Source: Thermodesulfobacteriota bacterium (GTDB lineage: Bacteria > Desulfobacterota_D > UBA1144 > Nemesobacterales > UBA2774). Taken from it: a stretch of 64,000 nucleotides of DNA. Shown one piece after another: positions 26,339 to 36,698 of this stretch (position 1 is the stretch's first letter; every line of letters starts with the position of its first letter). Both the position numbers and the translations under genes were made by a program. A model generated the notes under the pieces. The model was not told the origin of the DNA. It worked only from the letters and a program-made list of their open reading frames with translations, and did not search any database. Where the stretch lies: positions 96,001 through 160,000 of the forward strand of contig OZ244197.1 in the NCBI GenBank assembly GCA_965216785.1, in the 5' to 3' direction.

Positions 26339-27073
26339 CTACATCCTGTTACACCTTAACACAACCGCTCCACCGCTCGAATAATTTCCGGCAGGCGTGA
26401 AGATCGGATCAAGTCCCGACATGTAATCCCCTTCATTTCTAAGAGTGAAGTTCTTGCCCGCCATATAGTAACCATCCGGGAACTCTATATATATATCAGC
26501 CTTATTTTTACCCTTGACGTCTCCGCTTATTTTGCCCCCGCCTTTATTTTTTATCCATATATGGTCATTTGCATTACCAGAAATATGCCCTTCAAGATTA
26601 CTTCCATTTTGCCTGATGTTGAGTATCGCTTTGCCGCATTCCCACATACCTGAAAAGCTCTTAACCTTTGGATCACGGATAGATGGATCCATATTTAAAG
26701 CCTCATATGTTACACCCCAATATATGGAATTCGGATTCTGATCCACGCCGGGATTATTTCTCTGAAAAGACTTTTTTGTTTTATAATATTTACCTGTTCT
26801 AGGGTTTTTGTATCCTCTTGCCTCTGCATGCAAAGTTATTATCCCTACAGGCACACCTAAATCATGATATCCCCCGGGGGGTATTTCTATCTCATTAGTT
26901 ATCGTTTTCTTACTATAGTCAAGAGAGTGATCCGAATAGTACTCCGCCCATACCGTTAAAGTAACTCCTGTGTTATTTTTGATTGTTGCAGCAGTAAGCG
27001 GCCTATAAGCAAATGAATTATCCGCTAAACAAAAGAGAAGAATAAATGCCATAACTGATGTAACAGATTTCAT
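26339..27073 (-). CDS. Hypothetical secreted protein
   Basis: Signal peptide SFA-Y; beta-rich. Confidence 0.7.
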   Translation of the reverse strand: MKSVTSVMAFILLFCLADNSFAYRPLTAATIKNNTGVTLTVWAEYYSDHSLDYSKKTITNEIEIPPGGYHDLGVPVGIITLHAEARGYKNPRTGKYYKTKKSFQRNNPGVDQNPNSIYWGVTYEALNMDPSIRDPKVKSFSGMWECGKAILNIRQNGSNLEGHISGNANDHIWIKNKGGGKISGDVKGKNKADIYIEFPDGYYMAGKNFTLRNEGDYMSGLDPIFTPAGNYSSGGAVVLRCNRM

Positions 27074-27227
27074 ATCTAGATCCTTCCATTAATTGATTCT
27101 AAAAGAAGCAGGTTGGCTTCTACCTTGTCATTTTTGATTCAGTCTCTTCATGAGCTACATCTCATTGAGAGTTAATTTACTATAGCATGAGTGGACTGCA
27201 AAATATATATATTGAAACTGAGAAGGA

Positions 27228-27683
27228 TTATTTAATTACCGCGTCCTGCATCCGCTCTGAGTAGTCCCAGGTATATAGCTTTTGGGGGGTTATTATTATC
27301 GCTACTTCATCGCCGCGCGAAAGGAGATAATTGGCCAGACTTGAATCCGTGCCACCTAAGTAACGGATGATCAACTCTTCCAAAATATCCATCGCTCCCT
27401 CCTCTACCAAATTTACCGTTCCCTTCCCTCTTATGCCGCGGTAGGGAGGGGTTTCGGGAGCTATCTCAAATGCGCAGCGGGGGTCTTGACTAAGAAACTT
27501 TACGAGCTTGGAGCTTTTCTGAGTGGAGCAAATGAGCTTACCGTCTGAGTACAGATACCAAAGAGATAGGATCATAGGCCAGCCCTGTGTTGTAATACAC
27601 GAGAGGCGAAGAGGAATGTTGGTATCTGTGAGAAACCTCTCGTCCTGATCAGATAATAGGGTCTTTTTTACAGTATCCGCCAT
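27228..27683 (-). CDS. Pyridoxamine 5'-phosphate oxidase-family (split-barrel flavin/F420-binding) protein
   Basis: GWPMILSLWY...DPRCAFEI...WDYS. Confidence 0.85.
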   Translation of the reverse strand: MADTVKKTLLSDQDERFLTDTNIPLRLSCITTQGWPMILSLWYLYSDGKLICSTQKSSKLVKFLSQDPRCAFEIAPETPPYRGIRGKGTVNLVEEGAMDILEELIIRYLGGTDSSLANYLLSRGDEVAIIITPQKLYTWDYSERMQDAVIK

Positions 27684-27891
27684 CGCATTAAGAAGTCATA
27701 CGCGCCGCAGCGCCGAGCGCTTTTGACTTATTTAGAAGAATTTTAACTGCTAAATCACAAAGAACGCTGGAGCCTTTACTTTCCGACTAATTTAAAGATA
27801 GCTGATCCTCAGTTCTCAGTCTATTCAATTAGTACGGTTCTTGACTGATATGACGCGGCACATACACTCCGCCCGTGTGCTTTTTTAGACT

Positions 27892-28275
27892 CTAAACACT
27901 TGGGGGAAAGAGCCTTGACAGGCTGCCGTAGCAGTCGGGACATATGAACTGGTTTACAGAAACCATAACCAAACTGCCGCCTGCGTGGCCGCATGCCCAG
28001 CAGCGAAAAGCCTCAAGCGGCTTTATATCACTCTCCGCCTGCTCGCTACCGTGATATTTATCGTACAATGATTGGGAAGTGCCTTTGTATTCCATGAGAC
28101 GGCAGAGCACGTACTCATTGCGCTTACGCTCGTGGTACTTCTCGTCTATGTACATGTAAATGAGCATCCGGGGGCCCGAATGAAGAGAGAAAGGATTAAA
28201 AGCTTCTCTTATATCCTCGAAACTATGAGCTTCTTTTTCCTTCTTTAACTGCAAAACGCCGTTCTTATTATTCAT
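27892..28275 (-). CDS. Hypothetical protein with C-terminal zinc finger
   Basis: CWAC...CPDC; AGGAGG upstream. Confidence 0.65.
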   Translation of the reverse strand: MNNKNGVLQLKKEKEAHSFEDIREAFNPFSLHSGPRMLIYMYIDEKYHERKRNEYVLCRLMEYKGTSQSLYDKYHGSEQAESDIKPLEAFRCWACGHAGGSLVMVSVNQFICPDCYGSLSRLFPPSV

Positions 28276-28629
28276 ATCGCCACCATCCTCCTTGGGTCTG
28301 TTTACCCTATGAATAAAATAAGTCCTCGTTTACTGAAGCTTCAATATCGACAATACACCGTCAGAAAAGCGAAACGGCTTTCTTTTAAACCTCCTTATGT
28401 ACGTATGGTTTTTAAAACCGGGAAAAACGAGTGAGACAATAAGTCATTATCACAGGCCTGAAAGGGATTTCTGGGCCCGGATGAATCTCCGCCACCTAAT
28501 TTTTGATATATGGAAGTCATATCATGACATCCTTTAATCTTTTAAAGGATATAACCAACAGAAGAAAAAATGTCAAGAAAGCGTCCTTAATATAAAAACT
28601 TTATCTTGGAAGCCTAATTGATGGAATGC

Positions 28630-29613
28630 TTAGTACTCCACGAGCTCTACTCTTCTATTCTTTGCTCTACCTTCTTCAGTAGAATTAGATGCTACAGGGG
28701 CGAGGAAACCGAGGCCTTTCGGGGTGACTCTCGCAGGGTCTATCGCGTGCTCGCTCACCAATACTCCGACAACAGCCTCCGCCCTCTTCTGAGAGAGATC
28801 GGAGTTATAGTCCAGGCTGCCCTTGTTATCCGTATGACCCACGATAAAGAGCTTTAGGTCCGGGTTGTCATTCAGAAGTGTCGCGATCTCCTTAATTGTC
28901 GCTGCCGACTCGGGTTTTATGTCAGCCTTGTCGAAGTCAAAGAGGATGCCGTAAATCGATATACTGCCGGTCTCGAAAATCTCCTCTGCCATAGCGCTCG
29001 CATCCACAGTAACAAGCCCCTCGTCCATGGGGGCAATCTCGATGATGTCTACCTGTGTGTAGATATGGTTTTTGTCGGGGCCGCCGCCCGTGGTGTTCTT
29101 AACGGTGTAGAGAGAGACGTAAATATCCCCGTCTTCACCCGTGTGTTTTGCGGCAAGATAGCGCTGTTCATAGTAATTATCCCCAAAGCCGTTTTTGTAG
29201 TCGACCACTTTGTGGTTGAAGGGTCTGCCTCCGCACTCTTTGTTGCTGCAAGTGAAGAGGATTTCAAAACCCTCTGCTTTAAGGGCATCTTCGTAGTTCC
29301 TGAATACCTCTAATGTGGAGCGGTCTTCGGGCAGGTAGTACGAGATTTTAGTAACATTTCCTTCCAGAGTTTCACTTGCCTCCGCTTTGGAATTGCCGGG
29401 CTCTCCCGGGGCATGAACCACTTTGCCCGTAAGAAGAACATATTCGTCAAACTCCCTGAAGTCATAATCTGTGATTTCAGAGCCATCGTACCTTGAGACC
29501 TTGGGGTGGTCCTGGCTTCCCTGGACATCCGCCGAGTAGGCAAGCTTAAACGGTAGAGCCAGTACAAGAATCAGCAAAGCCAGATTGAACCTTAGAAAAA
29601 GTGATTGATCCAT
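28630..29613 (-). CDS. OmpA-family protein with DUF4892-like domain
   Basis: GSQDHP..SRY; FDFDKA, VGHTD, NRRVE. Confidence 0.92.
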   Translation of the reverse strand: MDQSLFLRFNLALLILVLALPFKLAYSADVQGSQDHPKVSRYDGSEITDYDFREFDEYVLLTGKVVHAPGEPGNSKAEASETLEGNVTKISYYLPEDRSTLEVFRNYEDALKAEGFEILFTCSNKECGGRPFNHKVVDYKNGFGDNYYEQRYLAAKHTGEDGDIYVSLYTVKNTTGGGPDKNHIYTQVDIIEIAPMDEGLVTVDASAMAEEIFETGSISIYGILFDFDKADIKPESAATIKEIATLLNDNPDLKLFIVGHTDNKGSLDYNSDLSQKRAEAVVGVLVSEHAIDPARVTPKGLGFLAPVASNSTEEGRAKNRRVELVEY

Positions 29614-29749
29614 CGTGTTTCCCTCCAACTTAAAAATGAATGGTTAATAATAAATGATATTCATCGGAATAATCAACTACTATTAATACCGGGGAGAGAA
29701 AGTGTTAAGATTGATATATTGAAGCCTGCATAGATTGGAGTAAGACAAA

Positions 29750-30550
29750 ATGGAGTTAAAGGAACTCGGCAATACTGGGGTGATGATAGCAGAGATTGGG
29801 CTAGGTACCTGGAGATATAAAGGAGGGGTCGAGCCGCTGAGAGCGGGTATTGAGCTTGGGGCTACATTGATCGATACGGCAGAGGGATACTATACGGAAG
29901 ACGTCGTGGGAGAAGCTATAAAAGGTATACGAGAAAAAGTGTTTGTCGCAACGAAAGTCTCGGGCAGACACCTGGCTCATGACGAGGTGCTCAGGTCTTG
30001 CGAGGAGAGCCTTTATCAACTGGGCACCGATTACATCGACCTGTATCAGATACACTGGCCGAACCCGAGCTATCCGATAAAGGGTACGATGGAAGCGCTC
30101 GGGAAGCTCGCAAACAGGGGACTGGTGAGATTTATCGGCGTAAGTAACTTTGACATTGATGACATCCAGGAAGCGCAGTTTTACCTGGACAACTACAAGA
30201 TTGTATCGAACCAGGTGAGATATAACTTGAGCGACAGGTCTATTGAGGACGGCCTTTTGCCATATTGCCAGGAGCAAAATATAACGGTGCTCGCGTACAC
30301 CCCGCTCGGCGACGGGAGCCTGACGAGAATGCCGACTATATCGGGGAGAGGAAGGATGAGCGTCTTAAAGGAAGTCGCAGAGGAGTGCGGTAAAACGATG
30401 GGACAGGTGGCGCTTAACTGGTGTAACTCAAGGGCAAGCGTCGTATCGATACCGAAGTCAAACAGCGTAGAGCGGACAATTGAGAACTGCGGGGCTTCTG
30501 GGTGGAGGCTCACAGAAGATCAGATTCGAAGGTTGGATGAAGCGTTTTAG
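29750..30550 (+). CDS. Aldo/keto reductase
   Basis: GLGTW, IDTAEGY, DLYQIHWP, IGVSNF, IPKS. Confidence 0.95.
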   Translation: MELKELGNTGVMIAEIGLGTWRYKGGVEPLRAGIELGATLIDTAEGYYTEDVVGEAIKGIREKVFVATKVSGRHLAHDEVLRSCEESLYQLGTDYIDLYQIHWPNPSYPIKGTMEALGKLANRGLVRFIGVSNFDIDDIQEAQFYLDNYKIVSNQVRYNLSDRSIEDGLLPYCQEQNITVLAYTPLGDGSLTRMPTISGRGRMSVLKEVAEECGKTMGQVALNWCNSRASVVSIPKSNSVERTIENCGASGWRLTEDQIRRLDEAF

Positions 30551-30657
30551 CTCAAAACGCATAGAAAATGAATCTTTTGAAAGATCCGTTTAATCATAAT
30601 TTGCGTATGTATAAATAAAGCAGCGACAAAACCTAGGGGATCTCAAAAGGTTCGATA

Positions 30658-31572
30658 ATGATAAAAAGAATACATGCGCCGTTTAAGCTTGCGGTCTTAG
30701 CAACAATATCAATATTACTTATTACGCTTCTCGTAAAAAGCCCCTCAAATTCATTTACAATAATATCTTATGGAGTCGAAAAGACGGATAGCGCTGAGTT
30801 TGACCAATCTTACGCGCTGTATGATTCGCTGCTGAACAAGTACGTTTCGAAAGGCAGGGTAAATTACCAAGGATTTATTGATTCGAGAGCTGACTTTGAG
30901 GGTTTCCTCGAATCCATGGGCTCGGTTGACCCCGTTGAGTTTGACTCATGGCCTGAGCATGAAAAGCTCGCATTCTGGATAAACGCTTACAACGCTTTTA
31001 CGATTAAGGCAATAATCGACCACTATCCGATTAAAAGAAGCTTCAGCCTCGTAGGTATATTCTACGCCCCCTCGAACAGCATACTACAGATAAAAGGGGT
31101 ATGGAAAAAGCTGCAGTTCCGGGCGGTAGACAGAATGGTTACACTGGACGAGATTGAGCACGAGATACTTAGAAAAGAGTTCAACGAGCCGCGGATACAC
31201 ATGGCGATTGTGTGCGCGTCTGTATCTTGCCCAGATCTGAGCGGCAAAGCGTATACAGGTGATAAGATCGAGGAGCAATTGGCCGCTGCGGCTGTAAGAT
31301 TTGTAAATGATCCTGACAAGGGGGTCTCCATTAACGAGAAAGACGGACGGGTTAAAGTATCCAAGATATTTAAATGGTTCGGGGATGATTTTATAAAAAA
31401 TTACGGGGACGGCGTGAAAATTAAGAATGAGAGCTTGAAGAATAACGCCGTACTTAATTTTATCAGTGATTACCTTGTTTCAGAGAGTAAAAATGACTTC
31501 ATCGAGAAGGGCAACTATAAGCTCGGCTATCTGAAATACGACTGGCACTTAAATGAAATGCCCGGTACTTAA
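30658..31572 (+). CDS. DUF547 domain protein
   Basis: LAFWINAYNA, EPRIHMAIVCASVSCP, YDWHLN. Confidence 0.92.
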   Translation: MIKRIHAPFKLAVLATISILLITLLVKSPSNSFTIISYGVEKTDSAEFDQSYALYDSLLNKYVSKGRVNYQGFIDSRADFEGFLESMGSVDPVEFDSWPEHEKLAFWINAYNAFTIKAIIDHYPIKRSFSLVGIFYAPSNSILQIKGVWKKLQFRAVDRMVTLDEIEHEILRKEFNEPRIHMAIVCASVSCPDLSGKAYTGDKIEEQLAAAAVRFVNDPDKGVSINEKDGRVKVSKIFKWFGDDFIKNYGDGVKIKNESLKNNAVLNFISDYLVSESKNDFIEKGNYKLGYLKYDWHLNEMPGT

Positions 31573-31610
31573 CCCCCGTCCGATAATCCCATATGGCCGC
31601 TTCTCTAAGG

Positions 31611-31859
31611 CTACTCGGGCGCGTCCATGCGGCTCATTTCATCCGACGCGTAAGCCATCGCGGAAGAATAGGCGGAGACGCAGTAAGGCACCAAGAAAGT
31701 GAGTACGCATTTAAACACGAGCCTTGGAGTAATATTCATCTCCAGAAGCTGGTCGTGATGATTAATTATTATCAGAATCGGCGCTACGATTACGGCAACC
31801 CTTATTGCCCTCCAAACCGTGTCTTTTCTGAAGAAGTTTCTAATGAATGCATTCATCAT
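31611..31859 (-). CDS. nrtS: NrtS-family small membrane protein
   Basis: VA..V..IL..IN, LTFLVPYCVS. Confidence 0.75.
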   Translation of the reverse strand: MMNAFIRNFFRKDTVWRAIRVAVIVAPILIIINHHDQLLEMNITPRLVFKCVLTFLVPYCVSAYSSAMAYASDEMSRMDAPE

Positions 31860-32016
31860 ATACGTACCTAAATTATATGATTACCACCCACAAATAAAGA
31901 TGCATGGGATTCTGCCTCAGGTAATCTAATATATTCAGATGACCGAAACCCGCTTGGGTTTCCGTTTATAAGATAAACTGAATTACAATCAACTTGATAT
32001 TAAATCCGGAGGCATT

Positions 32017-33828
32017 ATGTCTGAGAATAACAGTGAGAGGAATATGGACTGGGACCTTACGAGCTACTTTGTGGAGTACGGGGGCCCTGAGATGAAGGAG
32101 TTTAAGGCAAAGTTAAAAGAAGATATTCTAACAATGAAAGATGAAGCGGCTTCTCTTTCCCACCTGGACAACGAAAACCGAGAGGATTGGGAGAAGATTT
32201 TTATTAAAAATGAAGAGATAGCCGCTCGTTATTCTCACCTGAGGTCTTACATCGGATGTCTAGCTTCAGCGGACAGTTTAAACGAGGATTTTCTGAAAGA
32301 AGAGGCCGAGATGGCTTCACTCGGAGCTGAATATTCAAAATTAAACGTAGAGCTTCTAAGATCAATCAAGGACGCGTCTGACGAGGCGTTTTCAAATTTT
32401 ACTAACCTGAGCTCGCTTGAGACGGCTGCGTATTATCTAGGCCGGGTACGTGAAGAAGCGCAGAAAAGGATGAAGCCCGAGGAGGAGATACTGGCGGCGG
32501 ACCTGGGTGTGGACGGCATCGGCGCATGGGGCCGTTTGTACGATACTGTGTCGAGTAAGCTGGAGTTCGATATGGAGTACCCTGACGGAAGCGTAAAGAA
32601 ACTACCCATGTCTCAGAGACGCTCGCTTATGGAAACGCCCGATAGGGAAATACGAAAAGCAGCTTTCGAAGGCGGGAACAAAGCCTGGCAGGGAATAGAG
32701 GACGTGGCTGCAGGGGCGCTTAACGCAATTGCAGGAACGAGGCTAACGCTTAACCGCCACAGGGGTATAGACCATTTTCTGGAAGTAGCTCTATTTCAGT
32801 CATCCATTAGCAGAAAAACCCTGGACTCGATGTTCGAGGCAATAAACTCAGAAATAGATATCCCCCGCGACATACTGCGGTACAAAGCAAAGACCATGGA
32901 TAGGGACAAGATCGCCTGGTATGACCTGGGAGCACCGCTAGAGCTTGAAAACCAGAAAAAGCTTGAGTGGAATGACGCGAAAAAGCTGGTGGGAGACTCT
33001 TTCACTACAGCCTACCCAGAGCTTGGGGAATTCGTAGACAGCGCCTTCAAAAAGAACTGGATTGATTATACACCTAGGGAAGGCAAACGTCCCGGAGGGT
33101 TTTGCACAGGATCTCTGCTAACTAAAGAATCGAGAATCTTTATGACTTACAACGATACGATAGGGGACGTGCTCACTCTCGCGCACGAAGCGGGACACGC
33201 TTTTCACAGCCACGTGATGCGTGACATACGTACTTACGCCCACTACTACCCAATGACTCTCGCGGAGTCGGCATCTACGTTCGGGGAGATGATACTCGCT
33301 GAAGGAGTATTAGAAGACCCCGGTGTTGAGGATTCGGAGAAGGCGCTGATGCTTGACACCGAAGTTAATCACGGCGCGATTTATTTGATGGATATACCTG
33401 TGCGTTTTGAATTTGAAAAGGCGTTTTACGAGGAGCGACAAAAAGGGGAAGTGAGCGTTAGCCGACTTAAGGAGCTTATGGCACAAACACAGAGACGGAT
33501 ATTCGGGGATGTGCTTGAAGAGGGGGGAGAGGATCCTTATTTCTGGGCGTCCAAGCTTCATTTCTACATCACGGGGGTTACATTCTACAACTTCCCTTAT
33601 ACGTTCGGATATCTCCTTAGCCGGGGGCTATTTTCACTCTTCAAAAAAGAAGGCTCTGACTTCCTTCCTAAATATGAGGAATTTCTGAGGCTAACGGGCT
33701 CAGACACAGCGGAGAATGTAGCAAGACGCAGTATCGGGCAGGACCTTGAATCGCCTGAATTCTGGGTGGAATCTATCCGGACGCTTAAAGAGCCTTTTGA
33801 GAGGCTAAAAGGAATTTTAGAAAGCTAA
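32017..33828 (+). CDS. pepF: M3 family oligoendopeptidase F
   Basis: WDL, GKRPGGFC, HEAGH, AESAS, FYNFPYTFG. Confidence 0.92.
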   Translation: MSENNSERNMDWDLTSYFVEYGGPEMKEFKAKLKEDILTMKDEAASLSHLDNENREDWEKIFIKNEEIAARYSHLRSYIGCLASADSLNEDFLKEEAEMASLGAEYSKLNVELLRSIKDASDEAFSNFTNLSSLETAAYYLGRVREEAQKRMKPEEEILAADLGVDGIGAWGRLYDTVSSKLEFDMEYPDGSVKKLPMSQRRSLMETPDREIRKAAFEGGNKAWQGIEDVAAGALNAIAGTRLTLNRHRGIDHFLEVALFQSSISRKTLDSMFEAINSEIDIPRDILRYKAKTMDRDKIAWYDLGAPLELENQKKLEWNDAKKLVGDSFTTAYPELGEFVDSAFKKNWIDYTPREGKRPGGFCTGSLLTKESRIFMTYNDTIGDVLTLAHEAGHAFHSHVMRDIRTYAHYYPMTLAESASTFGEMILAEGVLEDPGVEDSEKALMLDTEVNHGAIYLMDIPVRFEFEKAFYEERQKGEVSVSRLKELMAQTQRRIFGDVLEEGGEDPYFWASKLHFYITGVTFYNFPYTFGYLLSRGLFSLFKKEGSDFLPKYEEFLRLTGSDTAENVARRSIGQDLESPEFWVESIRTLKEPFERLKGILES

Positions 33829-33861
33829 AGTGTTAGATCAATAGAGCACAGGCGGCGGAGA

Positions 33862-34788
33862 TTACCACTTATCTAAGACGTTCAGCAGACCCGTTTGTGA
33901 GGAGTGAAACACCATATCTACTATTAAGGTCGCCATGATTACAAGCATATAGATAATAGATACCCCAAACGCCCTTCCATACCCCTTGTCCTTTATAGTG
34001 CTCCAGATGATCACGTAGTCAAAATAGACACCTGAGATTACGGCGAATATCGCAAAGAATATGCTGGCATAACCAAGAAACCAAAGCGACAGACTTAGAG
34101 GAAGCAGGGCAATCGAATAAAGAAGAATCATGACGTTTGTGAACTTGGTGCCTAGCGCAACAGGCATCACAGGTACCCCCGCCTTTTTGTAATCGAGCTT
34201 ATACTTCTGAGCCAGCGCCCAGAAATGTGGCGGCTGCCAGAGCATCATGAATATAAATAATATATAGCCATCTGCGCCTATTGCGGGCTGCACGGCCGAG
34301 TATCCGATTAAAACCGGGAGCGCTCCGGGAAGCCCGCCCAGGATCGTGCCGTACGGGGAGCTTCTTTTTAAATAGAGCGTGTATAGAAGCGTATAACTTA
34401 AGAAGGCTGCTATGGTTAAAAGGGCGTTTACTACGTTTATGTAATAAAAAGATATAAAAAGAGAGATGACTAGGAACACCGTCGATATAGCCACAGCGCT
34501 CTTAACCCCGAGTGCCTCGAGAGCGTCTACGCGCTTACTGAGCCTGTTCATCAGGATATCGATCTGCTTATCGAGAACGTTATTCAGAATTGCTGAGCCT
34601 GCCGCGCTGAGTAGAAGAGATACGAGGGTAAGCACTAATAAAGAAAGAGAGGGAATACCCCGGTTCGCAAGCACAATCCCCGCAAACCCGGTGAAAGCAA
34701 CGCTCAAAATAATTCCGGGCTTAGCAAGGAGAATAGTCGATACCACTATCTTCGCGGGAGCGCTTTGGGCTTGTTCCATTGTATTCAT
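33862..34788 (-). CDS. ctaB: Protoheme IX farnesyltransferase
   Basis: KPGI, D..MNR, WQPPHFWAL, DYKKAGVP. Confidence 0.95.
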   Translation of the reverse strand: MNTMEQAQSAPAKIVVSTILLAKPGIILSVAFTGFAGIVLANRGIPSLSLLVLTLVSLLLSAAGSAILNNVLDKQIDILMNRLSKRVDALEALGVKSAVAISTVFLVISLFISFYYINVVNALLTIAAFLSYTLLYTLYLKRSSPYGTILGGLPGALPVLIGYSAVQPAIGADGYILFIFMMLWQPPHFWALAQKYKLDYKKAGVPVMPVALGTKFTNVMILLYSIALLPLSLSLWFLGYASIFFAIFAVISGVYFDYVIIWSTIKDKGYGRAFGVSIIYMLVIMATLIVDMVFHSSQTGLLNVLDKW

Positions 34789-34818
34789 TAAACCCTGACC
34801 CTGGGACTGAGTTTTAGA

Positions 34819-35673
34819 TTATACACTACTTTCCCGCATACCCCGAAACCAAGTGTAGAACGCTGCGGTTAATATAAATAGCGCTACTAAAAGATGGAGA
34901 GCTATAACCAGGAAGTGGAGCTTTGAGCTTACTACGAGCACGCCAAGGAGTACTTGAACGATTATAAGCCCGAGTATCACAAGAATTTCGTTTCTGTACT
35001 TCGCAAGTCCTTTTTGTGAGTAAGAAAACAGCAGCAAAAGGAGCACTATTGCCGTTATTATGTAAGCTAATGTCCTGTGAGCGAAATGGTTCAGTATGAT
35101 CCCCGACAGCTCGGGCGGTATCCAGTAGCCAAGACATGTGGGGAAATCAGGGCACGCAAGACCGGCATCGGAATGCCTGACATATGCGCCGAGGATCGCC
35201 TGGCACGTAATGAGTATGGCTAGGAAAAAGAACACTCCCTTATAACCGTCTATACTGAAGAGAGTTTTTTGCTCCACCCCGTCAAAGGACACCATGTAGA
35301 GCACTAGAAGGAATATGACCATCGCGTTTGCAAAGTGGAATGTGGTAAGGTCCACCGGAAGCTCGAGGAGCACCACTATGCCTCCGAGAATAATTTGGAA
35401 AATGAGTAGAAGCACTGTTATAACAGGCAGGGCTTTTACAGCTCCGATATAACTCCTGACGCGCTGGTAGGCGAGTATGACAATAAACACGGAGGTCACG
35501 CCGCCTATAACCCTGTGCGTGAATTCCATATAGATATCCCATCTAAATGGTGGAAGTACTTTGCCGTGGCAAAGCGGCCAATCGGGACATGCGAGTCCCG
35601 CCTTGAGGCCTGCTACCAGGTTTCCCCATATTAAGAGTAAAAACAGAAGTGAAAGGGCGATCTTGCCAATCAT
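34819..35673 (-). CDS. ctaA: Heme A synthase
   Basis: AGLACPDWPLC, EFTHR, second AGLACPDFP. Confidence 0.95.
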   Translation of the reverse strand: MIGKIALSLLFLLLIWGNLVAGLKAGLACPDWPLCHGKVLPPFRWDIYMEFTHRVIGGVTSVFIVILAYQRVRSYIGAVKALPVITVLLLIFQIILGGIVVLLELPVDLTTFHFANAMVIFLLVLYMVSFDGVEQKTLFSIDGYKGVFFFLAILITCQAILGAYVRHSDAGLACPDFPTCLGYWIPPELSGIILNHFAHRTLAYIITAIVLLLLLFSYSQKGLAKYRNEILVILGLIIVQVLLGVLVVSSKLHFLVIALHLLVALFILTAAFYTWFRGMRESSV

Positions 35674-35688
35674 ATATTCTAAAACCGC

Positions 35689-35997
35689 TTAGATAGGAAA
35701 TATCCTGGTAAAAGTATCGATGATGGTCATACCTATCAGGAGTGCCAATAGAGCTAAGGGGAAAAGAGCAAAGCCCCAGGTGATACTGTCTTCAAATTTG
35801 AGGTGCATAAAGAAGAGCGCGACCACCGCAGCTTTTACGGATGCAACACTCATCGCTACGACTATATTGAATATACCCACATCTATGTATGATACGTAAA
35901 CGGTAACAGCCGTTAGTATCATTAGTAGAATCCATATTAATATGTATGTTTTATAACTCGTTATATGGTGCTCTTCGCTGCTTGAATGTGATGACAT
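35689..35997 (-). CDS. ctaF: Cytochrome c oxidase subunit IV
   Basis: KAAVVALFFMHLK. Confidence 0.9.
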   Translation of the reverse strand: MSSHSSSEEHHITSYKTYILIWILLMILTAVTVYVSYIDVGIFNIVVAMSVASVKAAVVALFFMHLKFEDSITWGFALFPLALLALLIGMTIIDTFTRIFPI

Positions 35998-36014
35998 TTT
36001 AAGTTGATACCTCC

Positions 36015-36620
36015 TTAGCCTATTAAATAAAGAAGCGGGAATAGATAGATCCAAATTAAGTCCACTAAGTGCCAGTAAAGCCCGCCGAGCTCTACAGGCG
36101 TGCTGTATTTTTCATTGAATTTGCCCTTCATAGTAAGAACTAGAATTGTCGCTAGAATACCTATACCTATGAAAACGTGAAGCATATGAAGACCAGTCAG
36201 CATAAAGTAGAGAGAGAAGAAAATACTGGTGTCGGGGTATATGTGGTGTGAGAATTTAGCTCCGTACTCAAAATACTTAACCACAGCGAACGCGAGGCCG
36301 CATAAGATCGTAATAAAAAGCATAAGTGAAGTAAGCTTCTGTTTACCCCTTTGTATCGCGGTAACACCAATGGCCATTGTCATACTACTGAATATAAGTA
36401 CGCATGTGTTTATTGCGCCCATCTCCCGGTTTAGCTCTCTGTGCTGCTCCAAAAACATTTCCGGATACTTGGCTCTGAAAATCGCGTACGCTGCGAAGAG
36501 GCCGCCGAAAAGCATTACCTCCGTGCCTAAAAAGAGCCACATACCCAGCTTGGATACGCCGTAAGCCTCACGCGGGCTCATCTCGTGCCCGTGGGATTTA
36601 TCCATAGTAGCTTGTTCCAT
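36015..36620 (-). CDS. ctaE: Cytochrome c oxidase subunit III
   Basis: GMWLFLGTE, TGLHMLHV, YWHLVD. Confidence 0.95.
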   Translation of the reverse strand: MEQATMDKSHGHEMSPREAYGVSKLGMWLFLGTEVMLFGGLFAAYAIFRAKYPEMFLEQHRELNREMGAINTCVLIFSSMTMAIGVTAIQRGKQKLTSLMLFITILCGLAFAVVKYFEYGAKFSHHIYPDTSIFFSLYFMLTGLHMLHVFIGIGILATILVLTMKGKFNEKYSTPVELGGLYWHLVDLIWIYLFPLLYLIG

Positions 36621-36698
36621 TTTCAATTATCTCCTAATAACTCTATCCTTCTTTATTTATGTCCCTATGCTATTTCTAAATGCTAAATATTATCTCTT